From Pseudomonadota bacterium (GTDB lineage Bacteria > Pseudomonadota > Gammaproteobacteria > Burkholderiales > Burkholderiaceae_C), in the NCBI GenBank assembly GCA_018240325.1, contig JAFEFZ010000192.1:1611-65610 (forward strand): 64,000 nt of DNA, given 5' to 3'. The notes beneath the pieces were generated by a model that ran no database searches, was not told where the DNA came from, and saw nothing but the letters and a program-made list of their open reading frames with translations. Made by a program: the position numbers and the translations under genes. This document shows, one piece after another, positions 18,129 through 27,466 of the stretch (its first letter is position 1; every line of letters starts with the position of its first letter).

Positions 18129-19529
18129 TCAGCGCGCAGCCACCGGAACAGCCGGCACGTCGTCGAACGAGCCGCCGAGCGCCAGGTGCAGGTTGATGCG
18201 CTGCGCGCGCTGCTCGGCCGCCACGCGCAGCTGCGCCGAGCGCGCCGACTCCAGCGCCAGCAGCTTGTGCTGGACGGTGCGCAGGTCGATGCTGCCGACA
18301 CGGTACTGCACCTGCGCCAACTCGAGCGCACGCGCGCTGTCGCGCACCTGCGCGTCCAGCGCGTCGGCGCGGTCGGCGAGCGCGAACTCGGCGGCGAGCG
18401 CGTTCTCGACTTCGGCAAAGGCGCGCTGGCCGGCAGCGGCATACGCGGCGACCGCGGCCCTCTGTTCGGCGCTGCGGATCTCGACCTGCGCGCGCAGCGC
18501 GCCGCCCTGGTACAGCGGCGCGAGCAGGTTGGCGCCGAAACCCCAGGCCGGGTTGCTGCGGTCCTGCAGCACGAACAGGTCGCTCGAGATGCTGCTGCCG
18601 CCGGCCGTCAACGCGATGCGCGGCAGCATCGCCGCCTTGGCTTCGCCGACGCGGTTGAAGGCTGTGGCGACGCGGCGCTCGGCGGCGACCACGTCGGGCC
18701 GGCGCTCGAGCAACTGCGACGGCAAGCCCGCCGGCACCGGCGACGGCAGCGTGCCGAAACTCGTCGCCACCGTGGCCTCGGCTGCCGGGTAGCGCCCGGC
18801 CAGCAACTCGATCGCGCGCAGCGCGTTCTGCCGCGCCAGCTCGGCCTGGCGAAGCGCGTCGCGCAACGCGGCAACGTTGGCGCTCGCCTCCACCACCGCC
18901 AGCTCGTTGCCCGGGCCGACGCGCAGGCGCTCCTGCGCGAGTTGCTGGAGCTGCCCGGCCGAAGCGAGCATCTCCTTCAGCACCGCATGCTGCAAGCCGG
19001 CCTCGATCGCGATGAACCAGGCCTTGGCGACCATCGCCGCGAGCGACTGGCGCGCATACGCGTAGTCGGCGGCCGCCGCGTCGGCCTGCGCCTGCGCGGC
19101 CGCCTCGCCGTAGCGCAGCCGGCCCCAGACGTCGAGCTCGAGCTGCAGGTTCAGGAACACGCCGTTCAGCCCGCTGCTGCCGCTGCTCGCCTTGCCGCTC
19201 CACAGCCCGGCCAGGCTGATCGACGGCAGCAGCGCGGCGCCGGCCGCCTTGACGATGCCGCCGGCCTGCTCGACGCGCGCGGCGGCCGCCTGCAGATCGG
19301 CGTTGTGCGCGATCGCCTCGTTGACCAGCGCGGTCAATGCCGGGTCGCCGAAGGCCGAAAGCCAGCGGTCGGCCACCGGCTGCGGCGCGACCGCGCCGGC
19401 GGCAAAGCGCGCGGGCACCGCGGTGTGCGGCATCGCCTGCGCCTGCAGCTGCGGCTGCGACGGCGGGCTTTGCAGCGCGCAGCCGCCGAGCAGCGCCGCA
19501 AGGGCCAAGGGCAGGGCGGCGCGGCGCAT
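18129..19529 (-). CDS. Outer-membrane factor lipoprotein (NodT/TolC family)
   Basis: Lipobox LLGGC, WLSAFGDPALTALV, ELDVWGRLR, PSQLLERRPDVVAAERR, LHLALGG. Confidence 0.93.
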   Translation of the reverse strand: MRRAALPLALAALLGGCALQSPPSQPQLQAQAMPHTAVPARFAAGAVAPQPVADRWLSAFGDPALTALVNEAIAHNADLQAAAARVEQAGGIVKAAGAALLPSISLAGLWSGKASSGSSGLNGVFLNLQLELDVWGRLRYGEAAAQAQADAAAADYAYARQSLAAMVAKAWFIAIEAGLQHAVLKEMLASAGQLQQLAQERLRVGPGNELAVVEASANVAALRDALRQAELARQNALRAIELLAGRYPAAEATVATSFGTLPSPVPAGLPSQLLERRPDVVAAERRVATAFNRVGEAKAAMLPRIALTAGGSSISSDLFVLQDRSNPAWGFGANLLAPLYQGGALRAQVEIRSAEQRAAVAAYAAAGQRAFAEVENALAAEFALADRADALDAQVRDSARALELAQVQYRVGSIDLRTVQHKLLALESARSAQLRVAAEQRAQRINLHLALGGSFDDVPAVPVAAR

Positions 19530-19531
19530 GA

Positions 19532-20752
19532 TCAATGCAGCTTGAGCACCAGGTAGTCGGTGATCGCGCCGACGCGCAGGATCACCATCCGGATGATGTG
19601 GATCGCCGCCAGGTGGTCGGTGTAGATCGCGCCCTGGCCCGAGGCGCCGGCGGCGAGGAACAGCTCGCGGTCCGCGCCCTCGACCTCGAGCTTGACCGGG
19701 AAGCGCCCCGGCGCCTGCGGGTACGCGCCGGTCTGCGGCAGCGTGCCCGACTGCACGAGCTGCCCCTGGCCCTGCGCCCACACGATCGAATCGACCTTGG
19801 CCTTGAGCACGCGGCCGGGGTGGGTGTTGAGCGCGAACTCGGCGTCGTCGCCGGGCTTGACCCAGACCAGCTCGTTCTGGCCGTACAGCGCGATCACCTG
19901 CAGCTCCTGCTCGACGAAGCTCATCGCCGGCGCCAGCGGCATCGACACCACGTACGAGCCGGGACGCAGCTGCACGTTGATCGCCCAGCCGTCGGCGGGT
20001 GCATAGACCGAGGTCTGGTCCAGGTTCCACTGCGCGTTGGCGACATCGGCGCGCGCCGAATCGGCGTTGGCCTTGGTCGTCGCCAGCTGCGCCTTGGCGG
20101 CAGCGACGCTCGCCAGCTCGCCATCCACCCGTCCGGCGAGCTTGCTCGCGACCTGCGCCTCGCTGGCGGTGGCGGCGGCGAGCTGCGCCTCGAGGTCGGT
20201 GACGTTCGCCTCGGCCTGTTCCAGCGCGAAGCGGTCGCCGGCGCCGGTGGCCACCAGCTCGCGGTTCTGGCGCACGCGCAGGCGCGCCAGGTCCAGCCGC
20301 GGCTGCAGCGAGCGCACCTGCGCGCTCGCCTGGCGCAGCTGCTCCTGCAGCTGCTTGCCCGATGCCGACGCGTCGACCACGTTGGCCGACGCCTGCGCGA
20401 GCGCGGCTTCACTTGCCGCGAGCCGCGCCTTGGCGACGTTCAGGTCGTTCTGGTAGGGCGTCGGGTCGATGCGCAGCAGCAGTTGGCCCTTCTTCACCAG
20501 CCGGTTCGGCTCGACCGGCACCTCGACCACGCGGCCGCGCACCTGCGGCAGGATCTGCACCGTGTACTTGAACACGCGCACGTCGTTCGACGACGGCGCG
20601 ACCACGTTCAGCGTCAGGATCAGCGCGGCCATCGCGACCACCGGAATGATCACGACGATGACCTGCGACGTCGTGGTCCACGGCAGCCACTTCAGCTTGA
20701 TGAAGATCAGCCAGACGAAGAACGCGTAGATCGCGAGCAGCAGCGCTTCCAT
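19532..20752 (-). CDS. HlyD-family membrane fusion protein (YibH-like)
   Basis: N-terminal TM segments, ILPQVRGRVVEVPV, IDPTPYQ, coiled coil, APADG..NVQLRPG. Confidence 0.9.
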   Translation of the reverse strand: MEALLLAIYAFFVWLIFIKLKWLPWTTTSQVIVVIIPVVAMAALILTLNVVAPSSNDVRVFKYTVQILPQVRGRVVEVPVEPNRLVKKGQLLLRIDPTPYQNDLNVAKARLAASEAALAQASANVVDASASGKQLQEQLRQASAQVRSLQPRLDLARLRVRQNRELVATGAGDRFALEQAEANVTDLEAQLAAATASEAQVASKLAGRVDGELASVAAAKAQLATTKANADSARADVANAQWNLDQTSVYAPADGWAINVQLRPGSYVVSMPLAPAMSFVEQELQVIALYGQNELVWVKPGDDAEFALNTHPGRVLKAKVDSIVWAQGQGQLVQSGTLPQTGAYPQAPGRFPVKLEVEGADRELFLAAGASGQGAIYTDHLAAIHIIRMVILRVGAITDYLVLKLH

Positions 20753-21324
20753 CAGGCGGAGCCCCCTGCCGCGGATGCGGGCGCTGCGCCTGCCGGCGCG
20801 GCAGCGATGCGCTCGCGCGCCGCGCGCAGCTCGGGCCCGAGCGCGCCGCGGGCAGCGATGCCGTCGAGTTCGTCGAGCAGGTGCTGCCGCTCGCGCGCGC
20901 CGACCTCGCCGGCTTCGGCGCGATCGGCCATGTGCACGAAGTAGTCGTCGTGCTTGTCGGTGCCCCAGGCCATGCGGTGCAGCGTCGGCTTGGTGTAGGC
21001 CCACAGCCAGGCGATCGGCCACAGCAGCCCGCCGAACACCAGCGACAGCAGGCACAGCACGTGGATGGCGTCGCGCTGCGGATGGTGGCGCTTGTGCGCG
21101 ATCTTCTCGGGCATCACGTGCACGATCCAGAACAGCACGATGCCGGCGATCGGCATCACCACGATCACGAACCAGGCGACGCCCCAGGCCATCTTGTCCA
21201 TCAGAGCCGGCGGCAGGAACGACGCGTGCGCGCCGGCGGGCGCCAGCAGCCAGGCAATAGCCGCCGCAGCGGCGATGCGGCGCCGGACGGCGTGGCGGCG
21301 GCGGGTGGGGCGGGTGTGCTGCAT
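20752..21324 (-). CDS. DUF3302 (YibI-like) small membrane protein
   Basis: FWIVHVMPEKIAHKRHHPQRDAIHVLCLLSLVFGGLLWPIAWLWAYTKP. Overlaps the HlyD start. Confidence 0.85.
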   Translation of the reverse strand: MQHTRPTRRRHAVRRRIAAAAAIAWLLAPAGAHASFLPPALMDKMAWGVAWFVIVVMPIAGIVLFWIVHVMPEKIAHKRHHPQRDAIHVLCLLSLVFGGLLWPIAWLWAYTKPTLHRMAWGTDKHDDYFVHMADRAEAGEVGARERQHLLDELDGIAARGALGPELRAARERIAAAPAGAAPASAAGGSA

Positions 21325-21443
21325 CGGAGTGGGGCGCCGGCGGCGATGATGCGCGGCGATTGTGCCAGTGGTCCCCCCCGCCGCGAGGGGCGCTGCGCGC
21401 GGCCGCGGCTCCCTAGAATGGCGGCTACCTTGAGGAGAAGCCG

Positions 21444-22877
21444 ATGAAGGCGATCGCTGCGGGATGCTGGACGGTGTCGATGGCGATGGCGATGATGGCG
21501 TCGCCGCCGCTGCTCGCCCAGACGCCGCCGGCCGGCGCAACGGCGGCCGCCGCCAGCGCGCCGGCGCCCTTCAGCCAGGGCGAGCTCGAGGCGATGGTCG
21601 CGCCGATCGCGCTGTACCCCGACGCGCTGCTGTCGCAGATGCTGATGGCCTCGACCTATCCGCTGGACATCGTCGAAGCCGCGCGCTGGCGCAAGGCCAA
21701 CCCGAACCTGAAGGACCAGGCGCTCCAGGACGCGCTGCAGAAGCAGCCCTGGGACGCGAGCGTGAAGTCGCTGACCGCGTTCCCCGACGTGCTCGACCGC
21801 ATGAACCAGGATCTGGCCTGGACGCAGAAGCTCGGCGACGCCTTCCTCGGCCAGCAGAAGGAGCTGCTCGACGCGGTGCAGTCGCTGCGCCGCAAGGCCC
21901 AGGCCAGCGGCCACCTCGACAGCAACCAGCAGCAGGCGGTCCGGGTCGAGACGCAGGAAAGCAAGCAGGTCATCATCATCGAGCCGGCGAATCCGCAGGT
22001 GGTGTACGTGCCGACCTACCAGCCCACCGTGGTCTACGGCGGCTGGGGCTATCCGGCCTACCCGCCCTACTACCCGCCGTACTGGTACCCGCCGGTCGCC
22101 ACCCCGCTGGTCAACGGCTTCTTCTGGGGCGTGGGCCTGGCCGCGGCCGGGGCGCTGTGGGGCAACGTGGGCTGGGGGCACGGCGACGTCAACATCAACG
22201 TCAACCGTTACAACAACTTCAACCGCACCAACATCAGCAACAAGAACTGGCAGCACGACACCAACCGGCGCGGCGCGGTGCCGTACCGCGACCAGGGCTC
22301 GCGCAGCCAGTACGCCGCGCGCGACCGCCAGGCCGAGCAGGCGCGCGACCAGTTCCGCGGCCGCGACGAAGGCCTGGGCGGCCAGGGGCTGCAGGATCGC
22401 CAAGGGTTGCAGCAGGCCCAGCGCGACCAGGTCGGCAGCGGCGACCACCGCGGCGGCGCCGGCGACCGTGGTGGGGTCGGGGATCGCGGCGGCGTTGGCG
22501 ACCGCGGCGGCGTCGGCGATCGCGGTGGGGCCGGGGATCGCGCCGGGCCGTCGGCCGGAACCCGTGACCTCGGCGGCCAGCGCGACGCCGGGGCCGGGCA
22601 GCGCGATTTCGCCGGTGCCGGCGACCGCGGCGGCGCCGGTTCGCGCGACCTGGGTGGTGCGTCCGCGGGCACGCGCGATGTCGGCGGCGCGCAGCGCGCA
22701 GCACCGGCCGGCGCCGACCGCGGCGGCGCATTTGCGGGCGGCAACGGCGCCAGCACCCGCGCGGCATCCGACCGCGGCCGCTCCAGCATGGGCGCCGCGG
22801 GCGGGGCGCACCGAGGCGGCGGCGCGGCACCTCGCGGCGGCGGCGGCGGTGGCCGGGGCGGCGGCGGGCGGCGCTGA
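21444..22877 (+). CDS. DUF3300 family exported protein with a G/R/D-rich disordered C-terminus
   Basis: ELEAMVAPIALYPDALLSQMLMASTYPLDIVEAARW, WDASVKSL..FP, IIIEPANPQVVYVPTY. Confidence 0.92.
   Translation: MKAIAAGCWTVSMAMAMMASPPLLAQTPPAGATAAAASAPAPFSQGELEAMVAPIALYPDALLSQMLMASTYPLDIVEAARWRKANPNLKDQALQDALQKQPWDASVKSLTAFPDVLDRMNQDLAWTQKLGDAFLGQQKELLDAVQSLRRKAQASGHLDSNQQQAVRVETQESKQVIIIEPANPQVVYVPTYQPTVVYGGWGYPAYPPYYPPYWYPPVATPLVNGFFWGVGLAAAGALWGNVGWGHGDVNINVNRYNNFNRTNISNKNWQHDTNRRGAVPYRDQGSRSQYAARDRQAEQARDQFRGRDEGLGGQGLQDRQGLQQAQRDQVGSGDHRGGAGDRGGVGDRGGVGDRGGVGDRGGAGDRAGPSAGTRDLGGQRDAGAGQRDFAGAGDRGGAGSRDLGGASAGTRDVGGAQRAAPAGADRGGAFAGGNGASTRAASDRGRSSMGAAGGAHRGGGAAPRGGGGGGRGGGGRR
22440..22525 (+). 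repeat. In-frame 18-nt tandem repeats encoding GDRGG(A/V)
   Basis: About five GDRGG-like units with synonymous variation in the DUF3300 tail. Confidence 0.85.
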
Positions 22878-22946
22878 CGGCGCTTGCCACGGCTCGACCC
22901 CAGCTGCCGTCCCCCCCGTCAACCGCAACGGCCACAGGATTCGACG

Positions 22947-23912
22947 ATGAGCAAGACCCGCACCCATTCCTTCCGTGCCGCGGCCGCGCACGCCGCCGTG
23001 GCGGCTGCTCTGGCGCTGGCCGCGGCTGCCTGCCCGGCAGCCGGCACCGCCGCCGCTGCGGCCAAGCCCGCCGCCCAGGCGCAGAGCTTCGCCACCCCCG
23101 AGGCCGGCGTCGAGGCGCTGATCGCCGCGCTGCGCCAGGCCGACAACGCCGCGCTGCAGCGCGTGCTCGGCCCCGGCAGCCCGCGGCTGATCGAATCGGG
23201 CGACAGCGACGCCGACCGCGAAGCCAGGGCCAAGTTCGTCGCCGAGTACGACGCCAAGCACCGCATCGAGCTGCAGGGCGACGCCAAGGCCTGGCTGAGC
23301 ATCGGCACCGACGACTGGCCGATGCCGATCCCGCTGGTCAGGCACGGTGCAGGCTGGGCCTTCGACACGGCGGCCGGCGACAAGGAAATCATCGCCCGGC
23401 GAATCGGCCACAACGAACTCAGCGCGATCCAGGTCTGCCGCGCGTTCATCGACATGGAGCGCGACTACGCCGAACTCGACCGCAACGGCGACGGCGTGCT
23501 CGAGTACACCGCGCGACTGATCTCGACCGAGGGCCGGCACGACGGCCTCTACTGGCCGACGGCGCCCGGCGAGCCGCCGAGCCCAGGCGGCCCGCGTCTG
23601 GCCCAGGCGGACCCCGCGCAGCTCGCGGCGCGCAGCGCGGCCAAGCCCTATCACGGTTACTACTTCCGGGTGCTCACCCGGCAGGGCCCGCACGCACCCG
23701 GCGGCGCGCGCGACTACCGGGTGGACGGCAAGCTGATCGGCGGCGTCGCGCTGATCGCCTGGCCGGCGAGCTGGTTCAGCACCGGCATCAAGACCTTCAA
23801 GTGCAGCATGGACGGCAAAGTCTACGAGCGCAATCTCGGCAAGGACACGGCGGCCGCCGCAGCGAAGATCACCGCCTTCGATCCCGGCCCGGGTTGGGCC
23901 AAGGTGCAGTAG
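22947..23912 (+). CDS. DUF2950 family exported protein
   Basis: QSFATPEAGVEAL, DDWPMPIPLV, RRIGHNEL, GRHDGLYWP, PYHGYYFRVLT, GGVALIAWPA. Confidence 0.92.
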   Translation: MSKTRTHSFRAAAAHAAVAAALALAAAACPAAGTAAAAAKPAAQAQSFATPEAGVEALIAALRQADNAALQRVLGPGSPRLIESGDSDADREARAKFVAEYDAKHRIELQGDAKAWLSIGTDDWPMPIPLVRHGAGWAFDTAAGDKEIIARRIGHNELSAIQVCRAFIDMERDYAELDRNGDGVLEYTARLISTEGRHDGLYWPTAPGEPPSPGGPRLAQADPAQLAARSAAKPYHGYYFRVLTRQGPHAPGGARDYRVDGKLIGGVALIAWPASWFSTGIKTFKCSMDGKVYERNLGKDTAAAAAKITAFDPGPGWAKVQ

Positions 23913-23957
23913 GCTGCACCCGATGGCGACCGGCAGGCAGGCCCGAGCGAGGACGAC

Positions 23958-24272
23958 ATGAGCGACAAGATCCGAACCGAATTCTGGGGCGAGCGGCTGG
24001 ACAGCATCATGACCGAGATCGCGCGCGAGGCGTCGATCTGCAAGGTCAGGCTGCTCGATGCGGGCGTGGTCGAGGCGGTGCTGCACGGCAGCGACTCGGT
24101 GTGCGGCAGCCACAACCCGCGAGCCTTCAAGAAGCTGCGCGACCTGCTGATGATGGGCTTCATCGTGCGCGGGCAGGCGGTCGAGCGGCTGGGGCCGGAC
24201 GAGGTGGCGCAGATCGGCCAGGCGATCCGCGAGAAGCTCGTCGCCCGGTTCGGCGACCGCCTCGGCGGCTGA
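23958..24272 (+). CDS. Hypothetical protein (104 aa)
   Basis: GAGG RBS upstream, host-like codon usage, globular composition. No family recognised. Confidence 0.7.
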   Translation: MSDKIRTEFWGERLDSIMTEIAREASICKVRLLDAGVVEAVLHGSDSVCGSHNPRAFKKLRDLLMMGFIVRGQAVERLGPDEVAQIGQAIREKLVARFGDRLGG

Positions 24273-24311
24273 GCGCGCCCCCGCGCCGCCACGCGCCGGC
24301 GTTGCCGATCG

Positions 24312-24998
24312 ATGCGCGAGGCGGTCGAGACCCTGCGCAGCACCGAACCGCTGCGCGCGCCGCGGGCAGCGGCGGTGGCCGGGATCCTGTTCTCGGTGCT
24401 GCTGATCGCCAGCATGCTGATGCTGCGCCTGTCGGTGCCGGCCGACCCGCTGGACCGCGGCGAATGGCTGGCCTCGAAGTCCGGCAGGGTGGCGCTGGCG
24501 ATGAACCTGGTGCCGTTCTCCGGCGTGGCCTTCCTGTGGTTCATCGGGGTGCTGCGCGACCGGCTGGGCGCGCGCGAAGACCGGCTGTTCGCCACCGTCT
24601 TCCTCGGCAGCGGGCTGCTGTACCTCGGCATGCTGTTCGTCGCCGCGGCGGCGCTGCACGGCGTGGTCGGCCTGTATGCGGCCGACCCGGCGGGCTTCCC
24701 GGGGTCGCCGAGCTTCGCGTTCGCGCGCGTGCTCGCCTTCGAGATCGCCAACGTGTACGCGCTGAAGATGGCGGCGGTGTTCATCGTCGTGACCTCGACG
24801 CTGGCCTGGCGCACGCGGTTCCTGGCGCGCTGGGCGGCATGGCTCGGCTATGCGGTCGCGGCCGCAATGCTCGTCAACACCACCTACGTCGCGTGGATCC
24901 TGCTCGCCTTTCCGGGCTGGGTGCTGCTGGTCAGCCTGTACATCCTGTGGGACAACCTGCGCGCGTCCGGGCCGGCGGGGCCGGCGACCGACGGCTGA
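24312..24998 (+). CDS. Multi-pass membrane protein of unknown function
   Basis: About six hydrophobic segments (e.g. LVPFSGVAFLWFIGVLR, FATVFLGSGLLYLGMLF). Confidence 0.8.
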   Translation: MREAVETLRSTEPLRAPRAAAVAGILFSVLLIASMLMLRLSVPADPLDRGEWLASKSGRVALAMNLVPFSGVAFLWFIGVLRDRLGAREDRLFATVFLGSGLLYLGMLFVAAAALHGVVGLYAADPAGFPGSPSFAFARVLAFEIANVYALKMAAVFIVVTSTLAWRTRFLARWAAWLGYAVAAAMLVNTTYVAWILLAFPGWVLLVSLYILWDNLRASGPAGPATDG

Positions 24999-25127
24999 AT
25001 CCGCGGCCGGCACGAGCCGCAGGCGTCCGGCCGGCAGCGGCCGACGGCGGCCGGCACCTGCGGTGATCGGGTCTGCGGCTGTCGGGTCTGCGGCCGCAGC
25101 GGGGCGATCCGCGGGGCGGCGCCGCGA

Positions 25128-26786
25128 TCAGGCCGGCGGCGGCGGCGCCTGCTGCTGCGCCTGCCAGCGCGCGATCGCCGCGCGCGTGTTGGCGAACATG
25201 CGCTCGCGCCCGAACTGCTGCGCGACGCTGCTGTGGCGCACGGCTTCGAGCACGCCCGGGTTCAGGCCGACCAGCCACTCGGTCACGCCCGCCTGCGCGT
25301 GCCGGCGCTCGCTGTCGGCCAGCACCTGCAGCGCCGAATACTCGACGTCGGGCACGCGGCTGAGGTCGAGCGCGAGCACGCGCGGCCGGTGCTCGGCTAC
25401 CAGCGCATCGATGCGCGCGGCGACGTATTGCGCGTTGACGAAGTACAGCCGCCCCTCGGGGCGCACGATCAGCAGCCCGGGAAAGGTCTCGTCGTCGGGG
25501 TGCTCGGCCGACAGCGGCCGCAGCACGTCGGCGCCGCGCTGGCGGCCGATGACCGACACGCGCGGATGCGCGGTCTGGCTCGCCAGGCCGATCGAGGACA
25601 GCACGATCGCCGCGACGATGCCCTGCAGCGTGCCGAACACCAGCACGCCGAAAGCGGCAGCCACCGCCCAGCGGAACTCCATCGTGCGCACCGCGCGGAT
25701 CGCGCGGAACTCGGCCGGCGCGATCAGCCCGACCGAATAGACGATCACGATCGCCGCCAGCGTCGCCTGCGGCAGCAGCCCGAGCAGCGGCGCGAGCAGC
25801 AGCATCGTCGCCAGCGCCGCTGCCGCGGTGACCAGCGACGCGCGCTGCGAGCGCCCGCCGACCGATCGCACCACCGCGGTCTGCGAGGTGCCGCCGCCGG
25901 CCGGCATCGCGCCGAGCAGCGCGCCGCCGAGGTTGGCCGCGCCGGTGGCGACCAGTTCGCGGTCGGCGTCCAGCGGCGGATCGCCGGGCGCGGCGAACGC
26001 GCGGGCTGCGGCGATCGATTCGGTAAAGCTCATCAGCGCGATGCCGAATGCGCCCGGCAGCAGCGCCTGCACCAGGCCCCAGTCGGGCAGCGTCAGCGCC
26101 GGCAGGCCGCGCGGGATCTCGCCGACCACGGCCACGCCGGCCGCCTGCAGGTCGAAGAACCACGACGCCGCGATCGCGCCGCCGACGGCGAGCAGCGGCG
26201 CCGGCGAATGCGGCTTCGCGCGCTCCATCGCGATCAGCAGCGCGAAGGTCGCGGCGGCGACGGCCAGCGTGACCCATGCGGTGTCGGGCAAGGCGCGCGC
26301 GAGCGCGAACAGGTCGCGGAAGAAGCCCTGCTTGTCGAGGTGCACGCCGATCAGCTTGGGCGCCTGGTCGAGCACGATCACCAGGCCGATGCCGGTCTTG
26401 AAGCCGGTGAGCACCGGCGCGGAGATGAAGTTGGCGACGAAGCCCAGGCGCAGCAGCCGCGCCGCGATCAGCAGCAGGCCGACCAGTGCGCCCAGCGTTG
26501 CGGTCGCGGTGGCGAGCCGGGCCGGGTCGGCGTCGGGCACGACCGTGCCGAGCTGCGCGCCCACGAGGATCGCCAGCGTCGCGGTCGAGCTGACGCTGAG
26601 CACGCGCGAGCTGCCCAGCAGCGCGTAGACCAGCATCGGCACGAACGCGGTGTACAGCCCGACGGCCACCGGCAGGCCGGCCACCGTCGCGTAGGCCATC
26701 GCCTTGGGCAGCACCACCGCGGCGGCGGTCAGTCCGGCGACGGCGTCGAGGCGCCAGACGGGCGACGGATCAGCGCGGGTGGTCAT
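25128..26786 (-). CDS. SulP-family anion transporter with STAS domain
   Basis: DAVAGLTAAAVVLPKAMAYA, GLYTAFVP, GGGTSQT, and a C-terminal STAS domain (EGRLYFVNA). Confidence 0.95.
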   Translation of the reverse strand: MTTRADPSPVWRLDAVAGLTAAAVVLPKAMAYATVAGLPVAVGLYTAFVPMLVYALLGSSRVLSVSSTATLAILVGAQLGTVVPDADPARLATATATLGALVGLLLIAARLLRLGFVANFISAPVLTGFKTGIGLVIVLDQAPKLIGVHLDKQGFFRDLFALARALPDTAWVTLAVAAATFALLIAMERAKPHSPAPLLAVGGAIAASWFFDLQAAGVAVVGEIPRGLPALTLPDWGLVQALLPGAFGIALMSFTESIAAARAFAAPGDPPLDADRELVATGAANLGGALLGAMPAGGGTSQTAVVRSVGGRSQRASLVTAAAALATMLLLAPLLGLLPQATLAAIVIVYSVGLIAPAEFRAIRAVRTMEFRWAVAAAFGVLVFGTLQGIVAAIVLSSIGLASQTAHPRVSVIGRQRGADVLRPLSAEHPDDETFPGLLIVRPEGRLYFVNAQYVAARIDALVAEHRPRVLALDLSRVPDVEYSALQVLADSERRHAQAGVTEWLVGLNPGVLEAVRHSSVAQQFGRERMFANTRAAIARWQAQQQAPPPPA

Positions 26787-26972
26787 CGTGCGGGCGGCGA
26801 AGCGGCGGCGGGCGTGCTGGCGGCGGGCGTGCGATTGTGGGTGGCGATTGTGGGGGGGTGATCACGGGCGGCGCCTGCGCCGCGAGCCCTATGCTGGCGC
26901 CCCGGCGGTGCAGGCGCACCGGCGCCCGCAGGCGGCTGGCGCGGTGCCGGCCGCCTCGTCGAAGGAGCGCCC

Positions 26973-27425
26973 ATGACCCTGACCAACTTCCTGATCGGCC
27001 TGCCGTTGATGCTGCTGTGCCTGGTGGTGCAGGTGGCGGTGGCGTTCTGGTGCGTGCGCCACTACGTGCGCCATGCCGCGCCGATCGGGCACGGCCTGCT
27101 GCGCGGCGTCGCGCCGCTGATCGTCGCCACCGTGGCCCTGCTCGCGGGCACGCTGCTGCAGATCGCGCTGTGGGGCGGGCTGTTCCTGTGGCTGGGCGAG
27201 TTCGCGCAGCCCTACGACGCGATCTATCACTCGGCCGTCAACTTCACGTCGCTCGGCTACGGCGACATCGTGATGAGCCGCGAGCGCCGTCTGCTCGGCC
27301 CGCTCGAAGCGGCCAACGGCATGTTGATGCTCGGCATGAGCGCGGCGGCGCTGATGGCGATCGTCCAGCACATGATCGCGCCGCTGCGCGAGGCCGCCGG
27401 CGGCGAGAGGCCGCGGCGCCGATGA
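26973..27425 (+). CDS. Small two-TM potassium-channel-family protein (Ion_trans_2)
   Basis: Pore motif YHSAVNFTSLGYGD, followed by LLGPLEAANG. Confidence 0.88.
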   Translation: MTLTNFLIGLPLMLLCLVVQVAVAFWCVRHYVRHAAPIGHGLLRGVAPLIVATVALLAGTLLQIALWGGLFLWLGEFAQPYDAIYHSAVNFTSLGYGDIVMSRERRLLGPLEAANGMLMLGMSAAALMAIVQHMIAPLREAAGGERPRRR

Positions 27426-27466
27426 AGGCGCGCGGCACGCGCGGCCGAGCCGGTGCGCGCCGCCGG

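Noticed and set aside
21353-21367. Sigma54 promoter as a firm feature
   Set aside because: GG-N10-GC spacing is present, but the -12 element is CCGC rather than TTGC. That is too weak in GC-rich DNA to list as a feature.
21201-25013. 1270-aa minus-strand ORF
   Set aside because: It is an antisense shadow of DUF3300, DUF2950 and neighbours.
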